Source of the DNA: Atractiella rhizophila
Lineage: Eukaryota
Assembly (NCBI GenBank): GCA_021432655.1
Contig: MU271185.1
Location: 62,001 to 126,000 of the forward strand
Reading direction: 5' to 3'
Length of the DNA: 64,000 nucleotides
This document shows positions 24,750 through 36,354 of this stretch, in pieces (within the stretch, counting starts at the first letter, position 1; the number at the start of each line of letters is the position of its first letter). A program made the translations under genes and the position numbers. Below the pieces are notes generated by a model that searched no databases, was not told where the DNA came from, and saw nothing but the letters and a program-made list of their open reading frames with translations.

Positions 24750-25960
24750 AGAGAGCGAAATACAATCGTTACCAAATTGTACGCTGACTTGAATGGCGAT
24801 TGTGTGCCACATCCGCGCCAGCTCTATTCTGGCTTTCTCATCCTCAAATGATGGCTTCGTACATGTAGGGAATGAAGTTCTGTGTAGGGGATGAAATCCT
24901 GAGCACTCTCCTTAGTAGTATACTCATCGATGTCTCAGGACAGGTCAGCAGCAGAGGAAGTTTTGTTGGAAGGAGTGTGCTAGCCGACGATTTTCGTGCA
25001 GTTTCTCTGATTTCGTGGCAGATGCCTCTACCCGTAAAGCATCGAATTTGGTGCATTGCAGCATTACGTGTTGAATGGTTTCAATCACAGAATATGTTTG
25101 GTTATTGGTGGGCGTAAAGCATTCTCCCCCATCGAACCGCGCGCGTGTCGTTCGTCCCCAGGGAGATACCTCTTATTTGGATTGCACTTTAGCAGCATCC
25201 GCAGAGAGCGAGTAAAGATAAGGGGTAGGCAACGGGATCGAATCCTGACTAGCATGGGTCCCTTTTCGCTCTCCTCCCCTCGTCTAACTCTCGACGTTCC
25301 GCCGTGCTTGGTTGGTGAGGGATTTGGCCAAACTGTCTCCAAATAGAGTACGATCATTCATTAGCAGTCCATACTTATCAGCGAACAAAGAGGGGGAACT
25401 GAAGAGTTGTTCTTTTGTGCGTCGCTTTTCCTAGTTGATGATTCAAGTGAGGAGCTTCATCCTCCCCTTCCGTGTGTGCGTTGACATGGTGGACGCCGGC
25501 ACCGTATTGTTGGCAAATCGGGAAAGACGTCCAACACCCATCGGTATGATGATCGTGCTAGGTAGTATTCGAGAGTTGCCGTTTACTGCCTTCAATCTCT
25601 CAACCAGCTTGTCGAAATTGAGATGGGGGATATAGATAGTCACACGCGTGGAACTTCCTCCTTGTAGTTTCCCTGGGAGCGCGATGACGATAGCTCCTTG
25701 CTGCGTTGTGGACGAGCTTGAGGCAAGGCGAAAAGCAGACTGAGGTACACCGGACGTGCTGGTGGTGACAACACTCGTCACTCGGAAGGTTCCCTGATCA
25801 AACCGCAGGCTCAGCTCCTCAACCTGGTGCAACTCTCGTCATACCGTTCCACATGGAAATTGCCCTAACGTGTAGACAGAAGATCCCACAACAACGCTTG
25901 GTAATTGATGATACGGGACTGCAGCGAGGGAAAGTAGTACGGATTGTAGCCAGCATTTGG
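24750..25960 (-). mobile_element. Degenerate 3' fragment of a non-LTR retrotransposon (LINE ORF2 C-terminus)
   Basis: Minus-strand translation gives MLVRIRSRCLPL (similar to LxxLRTGHxPL) and C...IETIQHVMLQCTKFDALR, matching the ETxxHxxxxCxxF/YxxxR zinc knuckle of LINE ORF2. Multiple stops and frameshifts. Confidence 0.5.
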
Positions 25961-26498
25961 ATTGCGATAAACAGAAGAAAGCAATAGTCATTATCTAATC
26001 AGAGTGACCAGAACGATGTAGAGAACACTTTCTCATCATGCGGCGTAAGCGCGACGGACATGGCTGGACCGCATCAGTAATAGTAATCCAAAATATCTGA
26101 CACTGAAGCTGTTTATTAATCCTCCACTTGGAGAGTCTGAAGCTTAATCGCAATACTTTTAATACACAATCGTGACGGTGACAGTGCAGTAGATACAAAT
26201 TTCGTGAAAACATCGATACGGTAATGCGTCTCGTTTTGCAAGCAAACTTGCGCAGATCTGCTGAATTTCAGACACAACAGCGCATCAAATGATGCTGTGG
26301 ATTGTGAAACAAAATTTAAAAGCAACCTGTTTCCAAATTCAAAGAGGTTTACAGACAAAACTACTCATTTGGTCGGTCTGATCTCGTTAGAAATGAGGTT
26401 GGAAAGAAAGGACCTCGATTAAGGTGAGGAGAGGGTCATGGCTCGACATTTGATCTCTCTGTCCATTCATATAGTCAACCTTGGTCTTCTGTGCGAAT

Positions 26499-26860
26499 TT
26501 AAAGGATGTAGAGATAGTACCAACATTGGTAAGGCGTGTCTGGATCGTTCGGCTGATCACTGTGTGGTTTTGCGGTGTGAGTAGGAGGAAGAGGATCATT
26601 GGCTGGCTCCCGGCATTTTTAGTCAGTATGCAAGGAGGTGAGAAAGACTCACAATTTTTGTTGGCGTCCTCGATAGTTAATGCCCGTACGGCAGTGGCGA
26701 TTGGCCTTCCAGCGGCGTATGTGAGGGTAAGCTGAAGGATCTGAGCTAGAGGAAGTGACCCCATGATGGCATTGTCATCATAGCCTCTGAGTCTGAATTG
26801 ACCGTTGATCGGTGTAGGGAGCGTTCTGTAGGCTGGCCTAGTATCGTGACCTTGACCCAT
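26499..26860 (-). CDS. Orphan small protein A3 (cassette 3)
   Basis: MGQGHDTRPAY...LTLTYAAGRPIATAVRALTIEDANKN, then a phase-1 GTGAGT intron at the position homologous to A1/A2. Confidence 0.5.
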
Positions 26861-27940
26861 TCTGTCTGTTGAATGTCCTGAACCTTCAGCATGTCAGTGC
26901 CTGGGATAAAGACGATCATAAACGTCCTACGAAAATGAAATGGGAGATACGAGCGAGAGATTGGTATTTCTGAGATAATGAGATCTTTAAAAAATACGCG
27001 GATTGAAACGTATGTGAAGTTTGTGAACGATAGTGAATAGCTAACTGATGGACAAAGGTGTGAGTGAACGTTTCAAAAGCTGGATTTACTACTAATCCAA
27101 GCCAAAAAAAAAACTAATTCTGAAATAGCAGGGTCAGGATGCAACGTGCGGTTGATGGGAAGTCGTGAATTCGTGGGATTAAGTACATAAGAAGGGGTTT
27201 ACCTTGAGGACGTGAGTTACGTCTCATGCAATGTTCGTGTGTATGTCGCAGCTTACAAGTTGAACGAGAGCTTGTGGGTAAAGAATACGCAACCCATGTC
27301 CATGAATGAACGAACGGACCACTGAAGCCCGGCATGATGATTTGACGCACCTAATGTACGCAACAGCGCATTACTAACTTTGTGACAATGAGAACTATTT
27401 GTCTGCGACATCGTGGCATGTCACTAGTGACTAGGTGCACGAAATGACTGCAGTGTCTTCGAAGGAAAAACTGGGCAACTCACAACCAACTGAAACAGAT
27501 CAGATAAGCCGATGTATCGAAATCTGTCTCAGAGTTGACCAATTCACAGGAGTAAAGAGGCTAGCTTTAAGACTGTCTGTACTTTGCCTGCTTTCCACAA
27601 ATGCCACAAACTAATAAATTTGTGCTGTAATTACTATGTACGGTTTTGTTCATGGAACGAGAGGGAACTACTGTGACGATATAAAACAAAGGTAACCCAA
27701 GGTAACAATAAACTCTGAGGAGAACTGGCTGATGATTGAAGATTGAACGTAATTGATTAATTGACTAGTTGACGAACTAAATTTGTGTTGAGGGGGCGTC
27801 GGAACCAAGTGCAAAACGGACTGTGGAGAGGTCATTAATTTTGAAAGGGCCAGGAAGCAATTAAACTCACATCTTTTTGACATGAGGTACATATTTTTCG
27901 ATTTTTGTGTCAATTTTTGCCAAGAAAATAGTACGTTGGT

Positions 27941-28676
27941 TTAAGCTTCAGGGACAAGATGTTCAATGTCTTGACAAACTTATCAGCGCCTAAGCAAATG
28001 AACCTGAACCACTCACCATACTAGTTCCTTTCCGCATTAGCTTGATTGAATGCCGCTCCCAAATCGCTCATCGCCTGTGCTGAAGGACCCTCAGGATTGG
28101 AGGAGGCGGCAAATACGAGGCACCTAATCAACTCTCCAGTCGATAGGGCAGTGACTGGCCGATTTCGACGGTGAGAAATCCCCATCAGAATAGCTTGAAC
28201 GACTTACAAGACGCGGCGGAGTGATTGCTTGCGTTTACGTTACGCTCAGATAACGCTTGAGGTCCGCGAACTCGACGTCGCCTACTCTGGCTTCTGCCCT
28301 GACGTCTGCTGTTCTGCATGGTTATCCGCCAAACGTGCTTGGGAAAATGTGGACACGTAATTTCAGGCTATTTGAAGAACTCGGAGTGTGTCTCGACGCG
28401 AGAGGGCTTATATAGCAGAAAACAAGAAGTACGAAGGTGTTCGACATATACGTCAAAGACGAGCCGACTTTGGTGGTTCCACATATGAGTGGCCTTTGTG
28501 CGACTCGTTCGCAACGTGAGAAGCTGATCACATACTCCCATATTCCGGACCGGACGGTGGACACCATCAACGTTTTTTGCGAGTCCAATGATCTGTCTGT
28601 CGTTGCAGATTGGTTCATTTGATTGGGGTGGGATCAGCAATGGCATAGTTGCAAGTGGGTTGGCGGAATCAGGCAA
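27941..28676 (-). CDS. Orphan protein B3 (cassette 3), possibly truncated by a nonsense codon
   Basis: Manual translation of ~28022-28165 gives VTALSTGELIRCLVFAASSNPEGPSAQAMSDLGAAFNQANAERN*Y|GTGAGT. Last exon DIEHLVPEA* (compare B1 GVEQLYHA*). Upstream RLVFDV. Confidence 0.5.
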
Positions 28677-30593
28677 TATTTAGAAAGCGGCAAGCGTTCG
28701 GGACATACGATTGTTCTCAGCTGCCCAGTTCACCATCTCTTGACGAACATCCGGCTGGAGCAAGCTGAAACGCGTCTGCTCATAGTTTCATAGGAATGGC
28801 CCAGGTTCCTCGCCAATTGCGCCACTGGTAAAGAGAGAACCAAAGAGAACGGTCTGGTGGCTCGGTCTGCAAAGGCATCGATATTGGCATATTCATGTTT
28901 CTTGTCAAGGCGATAAATTCAAGTAGAGGTCAGTATCCGAAATTATGAACATAAGCATCGTCTGGTTAAGTATTCTGCGGAAGCGGATTTGCAAGATACC
29001 TCAGTTGATACTTTTGATTCCTGCAAGTTGAGAGCCAAAGCTGTAGAAATGGATGGAGCGTATCCGTCACCAGACAAATTCATAATTTTAACGCCATCAG
29101 ACCTTTCTGATTGCGGAAAGCCATGAGAACAAGGTATTTATCCAAGATTGGATGAGGAAGAAGTGAGGCTCGTCTGGGTTTGTGCATACCCGCCGCCTCG
29201 TTATCAATGAATAAGAGTAGGTTTGAGTTGTGGATACCGTAATCCTCGTCCTTTTGGGAACGGAAAATTGAAACTTGACCACTTTCACGCGCTGCACGCA
29301 CTCCATTCTCCATGGAATGTAAGGTACTCATTTAGTCCCTTCGAAACTACAATGCGATCAGGACGGACTGAGGGATTGAAACGAAGTTTTTCAATGAGAA
29401 ATTCCAGGTCCCTCCACGATTTCCAGCCGTCTGGCATACTTGAAGCATGGACATTCCACCATCTTAATTATTTATAATCGGGGCTAAGTACTGCTGTGCG
29501 GTGTGCAGGAGTTGAGGATGCACAATGACATTGGGAGCAAACCTTATAAATCTAAAACTCTTGACGTAACATATTTCTCCGGAAGTGAATATTGTTCGCA
29601 TGCGACATGGACCTTTTGGGGCAAGAGCTGAATGTCTTCTGTATCCATCCGATAGAGGGTAGGCGGTGTGAAAACGATAGTGACGAGAGAGAGCATTCGA
29701 ATGATGAACCGAAGGCAGGATGCAGTCCGAGTGACATCGAACGTACGTTGGATATTGGATATTGGACCTGGAACCCCAGTTGAATGAACAGCGAAGAAGA
29801 AATATGAACGAGGGAATGAGATGGCAACAGACTGGTGTTGGCCGTGGAAAGGACTTGTTCCGCAAATTCGGCTTTCTTTTAGAAATTTCCTCAAAGATAT
29901 TGTCCGTTGAACACAGTCCATGCCCCTTGAACCATACACTGACTCACGTAAGGGTTCGGGTCGCAAAACACTTTTTTTGACCTCTCCAGAATAAAAATCT
30001 TCGCGGATTCAGAAAGCTCAAGCATATGAAATAAGATGGTAATAATCATTTCATTTTAACGTGCTACTGAGGGAGGTATGAACGGTGCGTTTTCTGACTC
30101 ATGCCAAGAATGGATGGGCTTTTAGACGTAAGGAAAGCTTTTGACGACGTGAAAGAGTAGCACATATCATAGTTTGTTTCTGTAGCCGGAGCCCCTAAAG
30201 CGCTTCGTTGCGCCAGATGCTGTGGACGGGTTACTTACATCCCTCTTAGGGATAAAACTCATGGTTTTCCGGACTAAAGAAATTGGCTGCATTGCTAGAT
30301 TGGGAGGTCATGTTCAGGACGTTGATGCGATTCGAAAGATAGTACGTACGGCCCCTCGTTTTCAGAAAGCAAGCTCAAAGATAAGAACTAGGAAACTGAT
30401 ATACAAGAAGCACGAATTCGAGTAATGAATGATGATGTTCTCCGAGACGTGATCAATGTTGTTGAACGTCTTTCTAATATGTGCTGCTTTCGCAATCACG
30501 TGAATTTGTGTGTAATATGGGTTCCGAACCAAACGACGCTCTGAGACGTGGTAGACGGCAAACAAGGGGTAGAAGGTCGCGAACAGACCAAAG

Positions 30594-31379
30594 ATGCATT
30601 CAGTTCCGCAGTATAAATTCAGCCGATACCCATCCTGGTGTCCATCATCCCCTGCACACGCCGCTGTATTCATCCACATCCTATCTGGGATTCAACCAGA
30701 GCCTTTCAAGAAAGCGCCGTATAACGATGCCTCTCCACATACCTCGTCGGTACCGCATCCAAGTACCCTTGATAAACTCTGTCACCTTTACAGTAACAAC
30801 ACTTGTGCGTCCTCCGTCTTCCCTTCAACCAGCTAATGGCAGGTGCAGGTGGTCCAACCTTACATTAAAGTGAAAGAAGCAGAGTGGCTGAAAGGCATTG
30901 CGACAATTGTGATGAAGCGTAAAGGAGGAGCAGGCACGAGCGAGAGTGCCTCCGTTATTGAGTCTAGGCACAAAGTCTTTGCCACCTCATGGGCAGCAGA
31001 TTCCTATCTCTTCACTTCATCAGACTGTTCTCGTCCTTCTCCGAAAATCTCAACCGGGACGGTTCCTTGCAACACGACCACCGAAAAGTTCATGTCATCC
31101 TGTCCAACGCCATCTGAATGCGATACCAGTCATAGCGATGTCGACCATAACGGCAACAAGAGCGAAACTCCCATTGCGCGCAATCTCCGAGTTGATAACT
31201 CGGGCATTTACGTCGACGTCGAGAGCCGAGAGCATTTTTTTACTTGGGCCCAGTTCGAGCAGTTTTTGCTGGACGAAAACAATACTGCGCATCTCCCCTT
31301 GGATGATGTTGTCCGTCGCACCGCCGACATTCTGCGAGGTGAATCTTTCTCTCTCCGTCATTTTGGGACAGTTGGCTGA
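30594..31379 (+). CDS. Orphan protein C3 (cassette 3), 2 exons
   Basis: Exon 1 ...IQPEPFKK...LDKL. Exon 2 VVQPYIKVKE...ETPIARNLRVDNSGIYVDVESREHFFTWAQFEQFLLDENNTAHLPLDDVVRRTADILRG. The donor position is uncertain. Confidence 0.7.
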
Positions 31380-32144
31380 TGCAAGAAGTAGAGAACAAAA
31401 AGGCTCAGGCATGATTGAAGAAATTGTTCCCACTGTTGTAACGTGGACAAGATATATCCGTACTGTAAGAATTGTATACCTTCCTTTCTGGTCTATGCAG
31501 AATCCCTATGCTCCTATATTACTTCCATACGCTAGAACGCGGTTTGAAGAATGGTTCTTATCGGACTCTTTCAAGACCAAATCTGTTTCTTTATCATATG
31601 CAGCGCGGGAATGCGCGTGGGCTCCTATCTCTCGAAACTAAAATTGATATCTTTTCCGAATTGACTGCTAAAATGGAGAAAAGTGAGGTCCGAGTGATAT
31701 GCTATGGGACTTAAAGAAACATGAGGCTGGTCGACCCAGCAGCAAGAACGCGGGAGATCGACAATCGCCGCATCCATTTGTCATGGACGCCAAGAGCAGC
31801 TTGCACTCAATGGAACTGGTAGTTGTACAATTAAGTATACGGGGTACCTTGCAGCAAAGCCATTAGCAGAAGAGATGGAGTGCGGAAACAAAATAACCAG
31901 GATCAAGATGTCCGGGATGAGAATCTTCGAGCCAACGAAGTGGCATCGAAATCGGCTCCAAGATTCTCATCTCCGCGACCAGAATGTGGCATAGGAGACA
32001 GGCAGTGAGGCACTGACTTCGCTCAATCACGCACACCCAATGGCATGATTTTTCTGCTTCTAACCTCCTCTCAATGCACTTGCGCTTGATTCCTTTCAAC
32101 GGATGGAGCAGACGAGTAGACGAAAAGCTTGAGTGATTGTGCGG

Positions 32145-33123
32145 TCATAGATCCCATTCGTCGTCACTGTCTGGGTTCTTCACATCCTTCTTCAATGTAG
32201 ACCTCTCTACTTGCAAAACACCTGACCATCATCCACGTTTATCAGATCCTCGTGATGGCGGAATGAAGATGTAGGTAGAGCGGAAGAAAGGAAGTCGCAC
32301 CAGCCTCTGCCAACCTCCACTCCAAGGCCTCAGTAGTAAAATTGTCTCCGCCCGGCAATCCCTCAAAACCTACAATTCTGCAGCATTGTCAGCGTCCATT
32401 ATCAACGTCCACATTCATAGCACCGTGAGAAGGGAGCGGGAACGGCCTACCGATCCTTTGACACTCCATCGATGAAAATCATCACGCATGGAAGCACTTG
32501 AATGGAGAGTTTGGTGACAAGGAAGGGGGAATTCAGCACGTTGATTTTGAGGAACAGGGTACGGAAGTGTTTTTGAGCCAGTTTCTAGTCCACCTTTTCT
32601 GTTAGGAGGATTCATCATGGATAGGAAAGGAGTCCCACTTGGAGATGCATGTCCACGATTTTACACCGCTTAAAATCGTCGTGATAAAAGTGGACGACGC
32701 AAAGTGGCGCTTTTCTTCCTTCCATCGCTGTCGTCAGCCTTGTTCACACATCAATAGCGACGACGAAGGACGTACACAGATCGTTCCATCACCTCTTTCT
32801 CCTCTTTTATCTCGAGGTATTGCCCATGACTTCCCTCCTTCATCTCTCTTAGTCGCCCCATCCTTTAAATCATCGACACAATGATCAGTCGTCGTTAAAC
32901 GCGGTTGGAGATAAGAAACTCACTCTCGATTCATTGCTTCGAGACGACGTTCACGTTCTCCTGCCATATCATATGCGCCTTCATCTATTTCCCTCTCCAA
33001 CTCCTCGAGCAGCCCATCATCGTCCTCTTGAGTTGCTGCCGTGAGAATCGCTTGGTCCTTGGATATGCTTCGCGCACGATCGGCCACCGCATCAGTTGAA
33101 TGAGCGAACACCTACCTAGCCAT
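32145..33123 (-). CDS. PLP1: Phosducin-like thioredoxin-fold protein (Plp1/TXNDC9 type), multi-exon, apparently intact
   Basis: ATG at 33123. EDDDGLLEELERE...RERRLEAM; CVVHFYHDDFKRCKIVDMHLQ; KLAQKHFRTLFLKINVLNSPFLVTKLSIQVLPCV; GFEGLPGGDNFTTEALEWRL; ends DSDDEWDL*. Confidence 0.85.
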
Positions 33124-33297
33124 CTCTTTCTCCTCTCACTTCCTACGCAATGTGCTCACTTTCCTCGTCCTGGTCGCCCAACAATAAGAGTGTGTCCACT
33201 GCGTTCTTGTGAAAGTCAACATCCGGCCGGACTTTCCAGGGCATTCCGCTTCGTGTCACGCGTCTGTGTAAAACCATAAAACGACTCCCCGCGATCG

Positions 33298-36200
33298 ATG
33301 AGAGCTTTCCCCAGGCTCTCTCAGATCCACCACCACCTCCACACCTCCAACTTCTCCAGCGTCAAGCTCACGAGAACAGGGATCACTCCAGCGCTGCAAC
33401 AGCGACTCAGATATCGAACAATATCCTCAAAGATGGTCAACCAAGCCCAATACTTCGCAGACCTTGAGCCACCCTTCTGCTCCTTGGCGGTCAAGAAGAG
33501 TTTTGACGGATTGACGAAGGAGGAAAAGCTTTACGCGCATTGGATTTGTTAGTCCACCTTTACCCTCTAGATCCTTTCTTTCCATAAGATACTCATTTAT
33601 GCTTCCTTGTGGACAGCTAAAGCGAGCTGGGCTGGTGCACGTGTGATAATGGTCTGGTTCTCTCTCTTGCGGCATTCCTCTTGAGAAGGAGCTAAATGAA
33701 TATGGCGAATAGGAGCAATGGGCTCCTCACGCGAACTCCCTATACGACTTCCTGATCTTGCTCTTCACCGATCCTTCTACTGGCACCATCTTCGCAGACC
33801 TGGAGGAGGTCAGAACGAAGGCAGGTGTGGAGCAAGATGAGTTCAAATATTTCGTTGGATACACCGCGCAGGTTGGTCCTCACCTTCTTTGTTGTTCACG
33901 AGGCACGTACTGACAACGACGTGTGGTTGATAGTCCCTTTCCAACCTCGTTAATTACAAAAATTTTGGCAACACCAAATTCATTCCTCGCAGTTCACCCT
34001 CCACAATCGACAAACTTATCTCCTCCCATCCTGCAAGCTCCAAACTTTCCGAATACTGGCCGAAGGTATTCATCTTCTCCTCTGAATTGTCGTTTTCTCA
34101 ATTTGATATTCTCAAACCCAGCTCAAGGAAGCAATTTACTCCCTTGATCCAGAACCCATTCTTCAAATCGGAAAACCATCGTCTGGACACCTCTCCAACC
34201 TTTATCCTGACTCTCCAAGCATCAGTGATGCAGAAGTGGAACAAGTCTCCGAGCTGATGCGAAAAGAGGGAATCGAGCCACAGAACACTCGGTACGCTCA
34301 TCGTGCTCTCTTCTGCTCTTCGCCTCCTTTCGGTGGTTTTGGGATAAATAATGACTGACTGAGCCGTTCCAGGTTGAGGAAGGAGGGGAACGGAAAATTC
34401 ACTCTTCTGATCGCAAGTTCAGAGGAGGGAGAACACGAGAAGAGCCCTCTGAAAGGAGATGGGGTGGAAGTGAAGATTCAACTCGGTTCGTATTTTCCTC
34501 TACCTCACCTCACTCGGGTGACACTGATGATTTGAGATGAGCAGGAGACTACAAGGACGCAATGGCAAAGGTAGTCTCCTCCCTCGAGGAAGCGGTAAAA
34601 TGGGCTCGTGCGTCTTCTCCCTCCATCCACCGAAAATTCCAATTTATCCCAACTCACAGAGGATGAGAACCGCGCCGGGATGCTGAAGGACTACATCACC
34701 TCCTTCCGTACCGGTTCCGTCATCGCCCATCGTGAGGGATCGAAGAAATGGGTTAAGGATGTGGGGCCAGTCGTCGAGAGCTACATTGGGTTTATCGAGG
34801 ATTATTTGGACCCTTATGGCTCAAGGGCGGAGTGGGAAGGTTTTGTGGCTGTCGTTGACGTATGCATTACTCTCTCTTCTGAGTTGTGAGTTAGACGGAG
34901 ACTGATTGGCTTCTTGACTTACCGATTGGATTGGGTTCGGTGGAAATAGAAAGAGCAAAGCAAGCTCTTCAAGCAGATGGTCGATCAGGCACCGGAGTTG
35001 ATTCAGGTTCTTCCTTGGGGGAAGGATTTTGAAGTAGACGAATTCAAAAAGCCAGACTTTACCTCGTTGGAGATTCTCTCTTTCGCTACCGGTGGAATAC
35101 CAGCTGGAATCAGTTCGTTTCCTCCTTTCGCTGAAAGAAGGCTTTGTGACGAAAGATGTGATGCCTCCCAGATATCCCCAACTACCACGACATCCGTGAG
35201 AATTTCGGATTCAAGAACGTCTCCCTCGGGAACGTGATTGGCGCCTCTGCACCAACCGAACCCAATACTTTCATTGCTCCTGAAGATGATGCCATTTATA
35301 CTCAGTGGAAGAAGAAGTCGTGGGCCATGCAGGTGGCTTGCCACGAGCTTCTGGGTAAGTAGCTTACGTCCATCTCACTCTACTTGTCTACTTCCGGAAA
35401 CTCATGTCGATTGTACACAGGCCATGGAACTGGAAAGCTCCTGACAGAGGACAGGGACGGAAACCTCAACTTCGACAAGGAGAAGGTCATCAATCCAATC
35501 ACCAAAGGCAAGGTCAAGACTTGGTACAAGCCAGGCGAAACTTGGAGCACTTTCGGTGGAGAGATCAGCTCGAGCTTTGAAGAGTGCCGAGCGGAGGTAG
35601 TTGCTCTTTTCCGTTCGTCACTCAACCCCTACCCACAGCCCAACAAGGGAGCTGACCTCAGTTCCGTCTGGCAGTGGCGAACGATAAACGTATCGCGAAG
35701 ATCTTTGGTGTCGAGACGGAGGAAGACGTGGATCTCATGCAGTATACCACCTTTTTAGAGATGTGCCGTGCTGGTGTCCGAGGCTTGGAGTGGTTCGACC
35801 CGAAGACGAAGAAACATGGGCAGGCGCACATGCAGGCCAGATGCGGTATCTTTGTTCGTCAACCCTCCAACCTTTCAACGGGTGCAGGCTAATGGAGCCG
35901 GATGCAGAAATGGCTCCACTCTAAGGACATTGTCACTCTAGAGGAAAAGCGGGATGAAACCGGAACCCTTGTAGATGCTCACATCAAGATCGATAGAGAA
36001 AACCTGAAGAAGAACGGTCAAAAAGTCGCTGGCGATCTCCTGCTCCTTCTTGGAATCTACAAGTCGACAGCAGACCCCACGGCGAAGAGCTTCTACCATG
36101 ATCTGACCACTCCTCATCAGAAATGGCAGACAGAGCTGAGGGACCTTGTTGTACGTCCAATTCCTTGCCCCTCTAATTTTTTGGCTGCGATTTAAATGCT

Positions 36201-36354
36201 GATGGTTTGACTCCTTTTGCAGTTCAAGAAAAAGCTTCCGAGGAAGATTTTCGTGCAGGACAATACATTCGTGAAAGATGACGAAGCAATCCTTAAGGAA
36301 TACGAGCTCTCGACTAAAGGTGCTATTCAAAGTTTTATCGAAAGGGATCTTTAA
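33298..36354 (+). CDS. DPP3: Dipeptidyl peptidase III (peptidase M49), copy 1, with an upstream in-frame N-terminal extension
   Basis: HELLGH (split by an intron at ~35355), EECRAE, GFIEDY, IPAGINIPNY, GFKNVSLGNV, HMQAR, SFIERDL*. ATGs at 33298 and 33433 are in frame. Confidence 0.93.
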
